DNA of 64,000 nucleotides. Source: a virus. Taxonomy: Duplodnaviria > Caudoviricetes. The position numbers and the translations under genes are program-made. Below the pieces are notes generated by a model. It saw only the letters and a list, made by a program, of their open reading frames with translations. It was not told the origin of the DNA and searched no databases. The stretch lies in the IMG/VR virus record IMGVR_UViG_3300020374_000001, one strand, 5' to 3'. Every line of letters begins with the position of its first letter. Position 1 is the first letter of the stretch. Shown here piece by piece: positions 1 to 9,252 of this stretch.

Positions 1-554
1 CATTCTATAGCATATTCATCACTAGTTTGTAAAGGTATGTTAACTCTTAATAATTGACAAGTAGGTTCATCAACGTGCCAACCTTTATCGTTAGGTCCTT
101 CTCCATATCCAAAAATATATGCAACTCTACTCCTAGATATATGAAAATTAAATCTATCTAAAAAAAATCCTAGATGTTCTTGTATTGTTTCATCTATCTT
201 TCTAAAACCAAATGTATCATAATAAGTATCTTTTAATTGTGTATGATCTCCTTTGCCTTTTTCTAAACCATAGTATTGATCTAACAATGGCGATCCCCAT
301 ACTTGACTATATCTACTTTCAGATTTATCAAAAAATGTAGGGTTGTAAGTTAACCCAAAACCTTTGTATTTTTGATGAGTTTGATGTTTAGTTCTCCAAC
401 TTGTAAGACCTACTATACTTTCTATTTTTTTAACACCTTCTAGTATCTTGTCTGCTGTAGGAAGACCTAATTCTTCTAAAGTATATTCATTCCAACCAAA
501 ATCTTCTTGTTTTTCATCTACTTTTTTAAAGTAAGATTTCACTTCATTTATCAT
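1..554 (-). CDS. 2OG-Fe(II)/Asp-Asn beta-hydroxylase-like dioxygenase (runs off the window start)
   Basis: Manual minus-strand translation from ATG at 554: MINEVKSYFKKVDEKQEDFGW...SRSRVAYIFGYGEGPNDKGWHVDEPTCQLLRVNIPLQTSDEY. The HxD + RxxIPL signature fits the cupin hydroxylase family. Open to position 1; not in the ORF track. Confidence 0.7.
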   Translation of the reverse strand, partial: MINEVKSYFKKVDEKQEDFGWNEYTLEELGLPTADKILEGVKKIESIVGLTSWRTKHQTHQKYKGFGLTYNPTFFDKSESRYSQVWGSPLLDQYYGLEKGKGDHTQLKDTYYDTFGFRKIDETIQEHLGFFLDRFNFHISRSRVAYIFGYGEGPNDKGWHVDEPTCQLLRVNIPLQTSDEYAIE

Positions 555-559
555 ATCCT

Positions 560-567
560 TATTTATT
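560..567 (-). promoter_or_regulatory. Late promoter variant AATAAATA, 5 nt before the ATG at 554
   Basis: Reverse complement of tatttatt; same spacing as the other NATAAATA-N5-ATG cases. Confidence 0.5.
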
Positions 568-571
568 CTGT

Positions 572-579
572 TATAAATA
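572..579 (+). promoter_or_regulatory. T4-type late promoter TATAAATA
   Basis: Exact consensus upstream of the structural operon; gp55 is present in the window. Confidence 0.8.
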
Positions 580-609
580 TAGTATATATTATAACACGAG
601 GAGAATATA

Positions 610-834
610 ATGTCAATAGTAATAGATGGTAAAGTATATGATGAAACGAAGTTTAGTATAGGATTAAGAAATAGAATCGTTGCTAGACAAGAGATTGAGG
701 CTTCTAAAGTCAGACACAATGTTGAGTTGGAAAAAATTGAAGTTCTTACTGAATTTTATAACAAAAAAATTATAGAATTGATGAAGGAAGAGAAAGTACA
801 ACCAATAAAAGAAGACAATGGCAGCAATAGCTAA
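610..834 (+). CDS. Hypothetical coiled-coil protein
   Basis: 74 aa ORF with GAGGAG RBS. Confidence 0.7.
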   Translation: MSIVIDGKVYDETKFSIGLRNRIVARQEIEASKVRHNVELEKIEVLTEFYNKKIIELMKEEKVQPIKEDNGSNS

Positions 835-1159
835 TTTAATAATAGATCAAGGCGCTAATTTCAGTTCAGACGTAACCGTAAAAGACGCAAACGGAAACGC
901 ATTTAATCTAACTGGATATACAACAGAAGCGAAGATGGCAAAAGGTTATGCGTCAACTAGAACAAGAACGTCATTGACTTCAGTTATTGCCACAGACGCT
1001 ACTTCAGGAGTAGTTGCTCTGTCAATGACGGCTGCTCAAACTGCTGCTTTAGACGCAGAAAGATATGTGTATGATGTAGAAATTACACAGACTTCCACAG
1101 GTACGGTAACTAGAGTAATTGAGGGTTTAATCACGGTAAGACCTAACGTAACTACATAA
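818..1159 (+). CDS. Virion structural protein (BppU N-terminal-like Ig fold)
   Basis: NLIIDQGA...YVYDVE...RVIEG pattern typical of myovirus baseplate/fibre accessory proteins. Confidence 0.6.
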   Translation: MAAIANLIIDQGANFSSDVTVKDANGNAFNLTGYTTEAKMAKGYASTRTRTSLTSVIATDATSGVVALSMTAAQTAALDAERYVYDVEITQTSTGTVTRVIEGLITVRPNVTT

Positions 1160-1168
1160 TAAAAGTAT

Positions 1169-1176
1169 TATAAATA
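1169..1176 (+). promoter_or_regulatory. Late promoter TATAAATA
   Basis: Exact consensus, intergenic. Confidence 0.8.
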
Positions 1177-1195
1177 TAACAAAAGAGAGAGGTTT

Positions 1196-1444
1196 ATGGC
1201 AAGTATTACAGCAAAAATTAATGCTTCTACTGGAAGCGGACCCAAAAAAGTTTCAGTAACCCTGCCTTCAGGTACTTCACTACAAAATAGTTCTCTTTCT
1301 TTAAAATTATTAGGTGACGTTGACGTAACTTCTTTAGATGATGGTGCATTATTACAATACAGAGCTAGTGATGGTAAGTTCGTAAGTAGAAACGAAATTG
1401 TAACCACTACTGGTACTTTAACTTTTAACGGCGGATCATTTTAG
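1196..1444 (+). CDS. Small virion/fibre-associated protein
   Basis: 82 aa; L-x-D-V-D motif; C-terminal GGxF shared with the next ORF. Confidence 0.6.
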   Translation: MASITAKINASTGSGPKKVSVTLPSGTSLQNSSLSLKLLGDVDVTSLDDGALLQYRASDGKFVSRNEIVTTTGTLTFNGGSF

Positions 1445-1454
1445 AGAGTAACAT

Positions 1455-3173
1455 ATGGCAACGGTAATACAGATTAAAAGAAGTTCAGCAACTTCAGCAC
1501 CAGGAACACTTAAACTCGGTGAATTAGCATACACTTATGGAACAGGCGCACAAAACAACCTAGGAGATAGAATCTTTATAGGTGAAGGTGGCGTTGACGG
1601 TAACGGTGACGCAAATAACGTATCAGTAATTGGAGGTCAATATTTTACAGATATGTTAGATCACGTACAAGGTACGTTGACAGGAAATTCAGCTATCATT
1701 GCAGATTCAAACTTAGCAATAGATACATTAAACGTAGGTAACTCACTAACAGCAGGTGGTGAAGTTAGATTTAACGAAGGTACTAATAACGGTACTAACT
1801 ACATAGGAATTAAATCTCCTAATGCAGTAACAGCTTCTCAAACTTTTGTTTTACCTGATGGTGACGGTACTGCTGGTCAGTTCTTAAAAACTGATGGATC
1901 AGGAAATTTAGATTTTACAACCGTTAATCAATTTATTAATTTAGCAGGTGATACAGGAACAGATACTTACAATACTTCCGAAACATTAACTTTCGCAGGT
2001 ACAGGTGGTATGACACAAACGGTTACTGATAATACGGTAACGGTAACTGCTACAGCATTAACAAACGCTAACTTATCTGGTACTGCTGGAATTACAAATG
2101 CTAATATAGCAAATCCTCAAGTATTAATAGGTGGTCAAACAATTACTTTAGGTGCCGCTGCTACAACAGATATTTCAGGTTTAACTTCTTTAGTTGTAGA
2201 TGATCTTACATTAAATGGTCAAACAATAACTACAACAGCAGGTAATAAAGATATTACTTTAACACCTCACGGTACAGGTACGGTAGTTGTACCATCAGGT
2301 TATGAAGACAGAGCAGGATTTACAGATAATTCACTTGCAAACAAAATGTATGTTGACCAAGTTGCACAAGGTTTAGATACTAAACCATCTTGTAAAATTG
2401 CAACAACGGCTAACTTATCAGCAACTTATAATAACGGTACTGCTGGTGTTGGTGCAACATTAACTAATTCAGGCACACAGGCAACATTAACACTTGACTC
2501 AACTGCTGCTAATTTAAACGATAGAGTTTTAGTTAAAGATCAAACAGACGCAAGTGAAAACGGTATTTACACGGTTACAAATGTTGGTAGTGCTTCTACA
2601 AATTGGGTATTAACAAGAGCAACTCCAGAAGATCAACCTGCTGAATTATCAGGTGGTTCTTTTGTATTCGTTGAAGAAGGTGTTTTAAATGCTAACAATG
2701 GTTATACATTTACACATACAGGTGCTCCTACTTTTGGAACAACTAATTTAGATGTATCACAATTCTCTGGTGCAGGTCAAATAACTGCTGGTGCCGCTTT
2801 AACAAAAGACGGTAATCAATTAGATGTTGCAGTAGATGATAGTTCAGTTGAAGTTAGTACAGACGCATTAAGAGTTAAGGCATTAGGTATTACAAATGCT
2901 ATGTTAGGTGGTTCTATTCAAACATCTAAACTTGCAAATCCATTTATAACTTTAACAGATGAAACTTCTACAACAGGAAGAGTTTATTTAGAAGAAAATT
3001 TAGAATTTTTAGCAGGTGAAGGAGTTAACACTATTGTTGATAACAACACAATTAAAATTGAGGGTGAAGACGCTTCAAACTCAAACAAAGGTGTTGCAAA
3101 ATTTAACTCAAATAATTTTACGGTAACTTCAGGTGATGTTGAAGTTAGTACGGTTGACGGAGGTACATTCTAG
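1455..3173 (+). CDS. Tail fibre/structural protein with Mtd-N-like N-terminus
   Basis: MATVIQIKRS...GELAY N-terminus, Gly/Thr-rich body, DRVLVKDQT..ENGIY domain, C-terminal DGGTF. Confidence 0.75.
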   Translation: MATVIQIKRSSATSAPGTLKLGELAYTYGTGAQNNLGDRIFIGEGGVDGNGDANNVSVIGGQYFTDMLDHVQGTLTGNSAIIADSNLAIDTLNVGNSLTAGGEVRFNEGTNNGTNYIGIKSPNAVTASQTFVLPDGDGTAGQFLKTDGSGNLDFTTVNQFINLAGDTGTDTYNTSETLTFAGTGGMTQTVTDNTVTVTATALTNANLSGTAGITNANIANPQVLIGGQTITLGAAATTDISGLTSLVVDDLTLNGQTITTTAGNKDITLTPHGTGTVVVPSGYEDRAGFTDNSLANKMYVDQVAQGLDTKPSCKIATTANLSATYNNGTAGVGATLTNSGTQATLTLDSTAANLNDRVLVKDQTDASENGIYTVTNVGSASTNWVLTRATPEDQPAELSGGSFVFVEEGVLNANNGYTFTHTGAPTFGTTNLDVSQFSGAGQITAGAALTKDGNQLDVAVDDSSVEVSTDALRVKALGITNAMLGGSIQTSKLANPFITLTDETSTTGRVYLEENLEFLAGEGVNTIVDNNTIKIEGEDASNSNKGVAKFNSNNFTVTSGDVEVSTVDGGTF

Positions 3174-3553
3174 TGGCAACCGTAATAAAACCAAAACGAT
3201 CAGAAACACCAAGTCAAATTCCAGGTGCTGCTGCTTTACAAGTACACGAATTGGCAATGAACGTAACAGATGGTAAGTTATATACTAAAACATCTGGAGG
3301 CGTTGTAAAAGAAGTTGGTGGTGCTGGTGCTGTAACTTTACAGGCAGTTACAAATGCAGGTGCAGTTACAAGTAATGATATTACATTAAACGGTGCAAAT
3401 ATAATTTTTGAAGGTTACCAAGAAAACGCATACGAAACAACTCTAACGGTTCAGGAACCTACAGGTGATAGAACAATAACTTTTCCAGACGCAGATGGAG
3501 ATGTTGCTATGCTTGGAGACTCATTAGCGTTTTCAATAGTATTCGGTAGTTAA
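3173..3553 (+). CDS. Tail fibre-associated protein (Mtd-N-like), GTG start
   Basis: MATVIKPKRS...ELAMNVTDGKLYTK, paralogous to the N-terminus of the previous ORF. Confidence 0.7.
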   Translation: MATVIKPKRSETPSQIPGAAALQVHELAMNVTDGKLYTKTSGGVVKEVGGAGAVTLQAVTNAGAVTSNDITLNGANIIFEGYQENAYETTLTVQEPTGDRTITFPDADGDVAMLGDSLAFSIVFGS

Positions 3554-3555
3554 TA

Positions 3556-3903
3556 ATGGCAAGTACATTTAAAAATGCAGGAATAACCGTTCCAGTAGTA
3601 GATACGTCTGCTGGTAATTTATTTACAGCTGGTGCAAGTGCAACTGCTGTAATTCACGCATTATATATTTCAAATAAGAGTACAACTGCTGCTGCTACCG
3701 TAAATGTAAAAGTTACAACTGATGGTGGTTCTACTTTTTATCACATAGGTAAAAGTTTAGAAGTTCCGCCAAACAATACATTAACTTTAGACAAACCAGT
3801 TAATTTAGAGAACAACGATATTGTTAGAATAGTCGCTGACCCAAATCCTGATTCGTCTTCAGTAGATGTTGAGGCATACGCAAGTATCCTTGAATTAACA
3901 TAG
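3556..3903 (+). CDS. Virion structural protein (beta-sandwich)
   Basis: 115 aa in the structural operon; MASTFKNA...ASILE pattern. Confidence 0.6.
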   Translation: MASTFKNAGITVPVVDTSAGNLFTAGASATAVIHALYISNKSTTAAATVNVKVTTDGGSTFYHIGKSLEVPPNNTLTLDKPVNLENNDIVRIVADPNPDSSSVDVEAYASILELT

Positions 3904-3906
3904 AAA

Positions 3907-3914
3907 TATAAATA
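3907..3914 (+). promoter_or_regulatory. Late promoter TATAAATA
   Basis: Exact consensus 6 nt before ATG 3921. Confidence 0.75.
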
Positions 3915-3920
3915 GAGAAA

Positions 3921-4550
3921 ATGGCATATTTAGTAGATCACACACCCGCTGCTTCAGTAAAACAGAAATCTTTTAACGGAATTAGACGAACAAAAGATGG
4001 TATGTTATATCTAACTTCAGTAAATCCTAACAAAGGTAATGAAACAATTGAAGTATCAAAATTTTACGAAGATGGTAAGTCTGATTTTGTAGGAAGATCA
4101 GAAACAGATTATGTAGATGAAAGACTAGAGATGTTTGATGTTAACTATTTTACAACAGATGGTTCAGCATATCAATTTACAATATCAACACCAGTATTAA
4201 ATGAGTCAAGGATTGCAGTATTTTTAGACGGAGTTCAACAAGTTGCGTTTTCAGACTTTACTTTAGTCAATAATACCGTAGTAACTTTCACTCTAATTCC
4301 AAAGACTGGATTGAGTATTGTTATAGGTACGGTTAAGAAAAGATACTACAATAATGATAGTGATAGATTTCAACAAATTAACTTTTCAGTAAATCCTACC
4401 ACTACTTTTCTTATAAATAATACTAGTGGAGATTTAGTAAAAAGAGTAAATGCAGGAGTAACAAGAACCGCTGAGAGTTCAGACGATTTTGATACTTTTG
4501 AAGACACAACGGCAGTTTCTACAACTACATCATATCAAAGTGCAGTATAG
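3921..4550 (+). CDS. Virion structural protein
   Basis: 209 aa; VFLDGVQQ...DFTL beta-repeat motif seen in baseplate/fibre proteins. Confidence 0.6.
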   Translation: MAYLVDHTPAASVKQKSFNGIRRTKDGMLYLTSVNPNKGNETIEVSKFYEDGKSDFVGRSETDYVDERLEMFDVNYFTTDGSAYQFTISTPVLNESRIAVFLDGVQQVAFSDFTLVNNTVVTFTLIPKTGLSIVIGTVKKRYYNNDSDRFQQINFSVNPTTTFLINNTSGDLVKRVNAGVTRTAESSDDFDTFEDTTAVSTTTSYQSAV

Positions 4551-4572
4551 AAATGACTAATTAGGGAAACAA

Positions 4573-7500
4573 ATGGCAGATTTTAAACTAGGACGACTTA
4601 AATTTAAATGGAGAGGTGATTGGACAACTAGTACAGGCTATGTTATAGATGACATAGTTAAGTACGGTGGTAATACATATGTTTGTATATCAAACCATAC
4701 ATCGCCAAATAACGAAAACATATTTTACACATCTCCTGCAACATACACTACAAACTGGCAACTACACGGAGAATCTTTTTACTACAAAGGTGCTTACGCA
4801 AATTCAACTTGGTACAAATTAAACGACCTAGTATCTTATGGTGGTAAACAATACCGAGTTACAACTGCTCATACTTCTTCAAGTGCAGTTTTAGATCAAG
4901 CAAAATTTGAACAATATTCAGACGGTATCACTTTTAGAGGTGATTACGCTTCTTCAACTCAATACAGATTAAACGACCTAGTTAAGTATGGGGGAAGAAC
5001 ATACAGAGTCACAACTGAACACACATCTGCTTCAGGTGGTGACATTAATATAGACTTAGCTAAATTTACACTTTATAGTGAAGGTTTAGCATTTTTAGGT
5101 GATTGGACAACTACACAATATTACAGATTAGATGATATTGTTAAATTTGGTTCTTATCAATATAGATGTACAACTGCTCACACTTCAGGCGCAACTGCTG
5201 ATGATTTTGCTCAGGCAAATTTTTCAATCTATTCTGAAGGTTTACAATTTGAAGATTCTTATAACGCAAGTACCGTTTACTCAAAAGGTGACGTTGTAAC
5301 TTACGGAGGATATTCTTACGTATATGTTGCTGCTGAAGAAGCCTCAGGACAAACACCTGCTGACAATGCTACTTGGGATGTAGTAACAACTGGTTTCAAT
5401 GCAACTGGTATTTACTCTCACGGAACAGCATACAAAACTGGTGATACGGTTCAGTATGGTGGTAATTCATACGTTGCAATTTTAAATGGTACAAATCAAT
5501 ATCCTGCTGATACAGATGGTACCGTAAATTCAACTTATTGGAAAGTTGTCGTAGAAGGATTTAAATGGAGAGGTACTTATGACGCCGCTACAACTTATTA
5601 TGTTGGTGATGTTGTAAGATATTCTTCAAACTCATACATACAATTAAAAGACAGACAAGTAAATGTAACTCCTGGTTCAGACGCAACCGTTTGGACAATT
5701 CTTGCTCAAGGAGATACTGCTGCCGTATTAACTACAAGAGGAGATTTATTATTTGAAAGTTCTGGTGGTGTTGCAAGATTACCTGTCGGTATGCCAGGAT
5801 CAGTTTTAGCAACTGACGGATTAGATGTACTATGGACTGGTGAATCAGGTAAAAATATTTTATGGGTTTCTCCAAGTGGATCAGATAGTAACCCAGGTTC
5901 AGAATCTTTACCTTACAAAACAATTCAATACGCTGCTACTAGAGCAAAAGATAAATCAGTAAGAGAAGTAGAAAATGTAACTGGTGGTACAGGTGGTACT
6001 GCTAATGTTTACAATAATGTTAGAGCAATTGCTTACAAAGAATTAAAAGTTACTTCAGTTACAAATACAACAACTTTTGAAGTACAATTAGGAACATCAA
6101 CTTATACACACACTTATGTTAGTGGTGGTACAATTAAAAAATCAGATAACTCAAATTTAACGGTTACAAACGGACCTTACAATCATACAACAGGTGTTTT
6201 AACAATTACAACTTCAGGTGCTCACGGTTTATCAATCAATGATTTAATAAGAGTAAGAGGTTTAGATTACACTTGTTCTATTGGTGCAAAAACTTATCCT
6301 GCTGTTGGTGCTGACGCTTTCTTTAGAGTAGATACAAATAGTGGTGCTGTTGCTGTAGAAATACAAAATGGTACACACGATCACAATGTTGGAGACAAAT
6401 TATATATTGATGGAACATTGATCGGTAATGCGACTGCTCCTTTATTAATGGATGTTAAATCTGTTGCTGGAGATATTTTAAGAATTAAAAACGGAACATA
6501 TTCAGAAATTTTACCTTTAAGAATTAGAGCAGGTATTTCTGTAATGGGAGAAACTTTAAGAAATACAAGAGTTGGTCCTGCAAGTGGTAACGGTACACAA
6601 ATTAAAACTATGAAGGTGATTAATAATCCATCTTCAGGTAAAACTAATGGAGAGTACAAATATATTCACCCTAGTAAAACTGAAAAACAATTTGCTGTTT
6701 TAAGTACACCAGACTCAACAAATTTCACGTGTAATATCGGTACATCAAGTTTAGTACACACATATGTTAGAGGTGGTACGGTTACAAATGCTGCTTTTGG
6801 ATCATTTACTATATCAAATGTAAGTTACGACAATTCAACAGGTGTTGCTACTATTACAACATCAAGTTCTCACGGATTATCAGTAAGTGATAATGTTAAA
6901 TTAACTGGAATGGATTTCAGTACATTAGAAGGAACATTAACTCTTCCTAGTGTAGGACAAGGTGCAGTATTTAGCATATTAGTTCAAGGTAATACAGCAG
7001 TTGAGTTTAACACATACCACGGTGGTGCAGGATATAGTGTTGGTGATATACTTACTTTAGCGTCTGGAGATACAGGCGGAAGTGGTGATATTACTTTACA
7101 AGTAGGTTCAACAGAATTAAATGCTGCTTCAAATATGTGGTTATGTAATGACTCAAACAACATTAGAAACTTTACATTTACAGGATTAACAAGTAAAAAA
7201 CGTGCTGGTGGTTTATATCAAGTTACGGTTACAAGTGCAAATTCATTTACGGTTCCAACAGCAACAGATGATTTAACACACAACTATGTAAGTGGTGGTA
7301 ATGTTATTATTGAAGGTGCAGAATCAACAGATGTTTCAATTCAAAATTACGCATATGCTCACGCTGCTGGACAGATAACGGTCAATACAGACTCAAATCA
7401 CGGATTAACAACAGGTGATTATGTTACACTTGCAAAAGCAAAATTCAATATTACAGACGTAGGTGAAAGAGTAATACCAAGAGGTGTTCAAATGGCTGCG

Positions 7501-9234
7501 GTTATTTCATTAGACCCTAGTGGTAATATTGCAAAAGCTTCTCCATATATTCAAAACTGCACATCAGCAAACTCTGGTGCTTGTGGTATGCAGATTGATG
7601 GTAACTTGCATAAGAAAACCCATCCATCTTCAAACAAATCAATTTTAGGAAACGACTTTACTCAAATCAATAGTGATGGTATGGGTATTCACATCTTAGG
7701 AAATGGTCGTTGCGAGGCAGTATCAGTATTCGTTTATTATGCTGAGAAGGCCGTATTTGCAGAATCAGGCGGATTTATTAGAGGTCTAAACTGCTCACAC
7801 GCATACGGAGAACGTGCTTGTGTTGCTGCTGGTACAGACGAAGACGAAACACCAGTAAATATTCAAACTAGAGGTTTGATGTTGAAATATAATGCTGCTG
7901 CTATAATATCACCTGCAACTATTTCAGATGTTGAAAATATGATTTCAACACAAGGACAAGGTACTGCTGTTATTCAAGGAGATACTTCAGGCGCAACTGC
8001 TAAAATATTCAGATTTAACACATCTTTACAATACTTACATATAGAAAATATAAGTGGTAATTTCCAAAACGGAGAAACTTGTACAATTGAAAAAGAAGAT
8101 TCATCTACATTCCAAATTACTTTAGATGGTTCTTTTGGTTCACCTGCACAACAAGGTCAAAGAGGACCTTTACTTGCTGTTAAATCAGGTACAACTACAT
8201 TGAACGCAACAGGTTTAATTAAACTTGCTGCTAATATTAAATGTACAGGAGATACAAAATATTATAGAGTTGGGTTAGTATCTGAAGAAGATTTAACTAA
8301 TGGAACGGCAGTAATCAGATTAACTGAAGATATTACATCACTAAAAGCAAAAGGTGATAGTATAGGAACAGATGTTACAACAGGATATTCAAACATTCGT
8401 TTAACAGGCCACGATTTCTTAAATATTGGTACTGGAGATTTCATAACTACAAATTATCCAGGAACACCTACACAACCTGCTGACCAAGATGATGAGATTA
8501 TTGAAGAAGATGGCGGTCGTGTATATTGGGTGTCAACCGACCAACAAGGGGACTTTAGAGTTGGTGATCTATTCAAAATTGAACAGGCAACTGGTACTGC
8601 TACTCTTAACGCAGACGCCTTTAACCTTTCAGGATTAAGTGAATTAAAACTTGGTTCTATCGGTGCAGAATTAGGTGCTTCTGTAAACGAATTTAGTACA
8701 GACGAAACATTAGCAGGAAACTCAAACAATGCTGTTCCTACAGAAAATGCTATATTAGGATATTTAACAAGAGATAAGGCAGGTGTTGGTGCTTGGGTTC
8801 CACCAACAGGAACAACTGCACAAAGACCAATAGGTGGTGCATTGTACACAGGTGCTATAAGATACAATACATCTCTAGTTGCTTGGGAAGGTTATAACGG
8901 ATCAACTTGGACAGGTTTAGGTGGTGGTACACCATACGTAACTATTGTTGGAGATGGTTCTACAATAACCGTTGCAGAAAGTAATCAAAGATTTTTAGTT
9001 AATACTGCTGCTGCTGAGGCAACAATTCAATTACCTAGTGGTCCACTAACTGGAGACGCAGTTACATTTTTAGATTTAAACGGAACATTTGCTACAAACA
9101 AATTAACGGTTGATAGAAACGGAAACGAAATTATGAACCTTGCAGAAAATATGACTGCTGAAACAGATCACGCAGCCTTTACACTAGTTTATACTGGTGC
9201 CGCTAACGGTTGGAAATTATTAGAGGTTGCTTAA
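4573..9234 (+). CDS. Large multidomain tail fibre/depolymerase-like protein
   Basis: 1553 aa: N-terminal tandem CBM5/12-like repeats, pectin-lyase-like beta-helix start (WVSPSGSDSNPG..PYKTI), repeated HxYVxGG/HGL modules, C-terminal gp34/gp9-like domain. Confidence 0.8.
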   Translation: MADFKLGRLKFKWRGDWTTSTGYVIDDIVKYGGNTYVCISNHTSPNNENIFYTSPATYTTNWQLHGESFYYKGAYANSTWYKLNDLVSYGGKQYRVTTAHTSSSAVLDQAKFEQYSDGITFRGDYASSTQYRLNDLVKYGGRTYRVTTEHTSASGGDINIDLAKFTLYSEGLAFLGDWTTTQYYRLDDIVKFGSYQYRCTTAHTSGATADDFAQANFSIYSEGLQFEDSYNASTVYSKGDVVTYGGYSYVYVAAEEASGQTPADNATWDVVTTGFNATGIYSHGTAYKTGDTVQYGGNSYVAILNGTNQYPADTDGTVNSTYWKVVVEGFKWRGTYDAATTYYVGDVVRYSSNSYIQLKDRQVNVTPGSDATVWTILAQGDTAAVLTTRGDLLFESSGGVARLPVGMPGSVLATDGLDVLWTGESGKNILWVSPSGSDSNPGSESLPYKTIQYAATRAKDKSVREVENVTGGTGGTANVYNNVRAIAYKELKVTSVTNTTTFEVQLGTSTYTHTYVSGGTIKKSDNSNLTVTNGPYNHTTGVLTITTSGAHGLSINDLIRVRGLDYTCSIGAKTYPAVGADAFFRVDTNSGAVAVEIQNGTHDHNVGDKLYIDGTLIGNATAPLLMDVKSVAGDILRIKNGTYSEILPLRIRAGISVMGETLRNTRVGPASGNGTQIKTMKVINNPSSGKTNGEYKYIHPSKTEKQFAVLSTPDSTNFTCNIGTSSLVHTYVRGGTVTNAAFGSFTISNVSYDNSTGVATITTSSSHGLSVSDNVKLTGMDFSTLEGTLTLPSVGQGAVFSILVQGNTAVEFNTYHGGAGYSVGDILTLASGDTGGSGDITLQVGSTELNAASNMWLCNDSNNIRNFTFTGLTSKKRAGGLYQVTVTSANSFTVPTATDDLTHNYVSGGNVIIEGAESTDVSIQNYAYAHAAGQITVNTDSNHGLTTGDYVTLAKAKFNITDVGERVIPRGVQMAAVISLDPSGNIAKASPYIQNCTSANSGACGMQIDGNLHKKTHPSSNKSILGNDFTQINSDGMGIHILGNGRCEAVSVFVYYAEKAVFAESGGFIRGLNCSHAYGERACVAAGTDEDETPVNIQTRGLMLKYNAAAIISPATISDVENMISTQGQGTAVIQGDTSGATAKIFRFNTSLQYLHIENISGNFQNGETCTIEKEDSSTFQITLDGSFGSPAQQGQRGPLLAVKSGTTTLNATGLIKLAANIKCTGDTKYYRVGLVSEEDLTNGTAVIRLTEDITSLKAKGDSIGTDVTTGYSNIRLTGHDFLNIGTGDFITTNYPGTPTQPADQDDEIIEEDGGRVYWVSTDQQGDFRVGDLFKIEQATGTATLNADAFNLSGLSELKLGSIGAELGASVNEFSTDETLAGNSNNAVPTENAILGYLTRDKAGVGAWVPPTGTTAQRPIGGALYTGAIRYNTSLVAWEGYNGSTWTGLGGGTPYVTIVGDGSTITVAESNQRFLVNTAAAEATIQLPSGPLTGDAVTFLDLNGTFATNKLTVDRNGNEIMNLAENMTAETDHAAFTLVYTGAANGWKLLEVA
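4600..5715 (+). repeat. About 8 tandem ~45-55 aa carbohydrate-binding-like repeats in the large fibre gene
   Basis: Recurrent xRGxY/W...Y.L.D.V.YGG..Y; DNA-level repeat attaaacgacctag at about 4818 and 4968. Confidence 0.8.
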
Positions 9235-9239
9235 TAGGA

Positions 9240-9247
9240 TATAAATA
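9240..9247 (+). promoter_or_regulatory. Late promoter TATAAATA, 5 nt before ATG 9253
   Basis: Exact consensus. Confidence 0.8.
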
Positions 9248-9252
9248 GACAT

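Noticed and set aside
4600-5715. CRISPR-like or mobile repeat array
   Set aside because: Repeats are degenerate, in frame and protein-coding; no constant repeat-spacer structure
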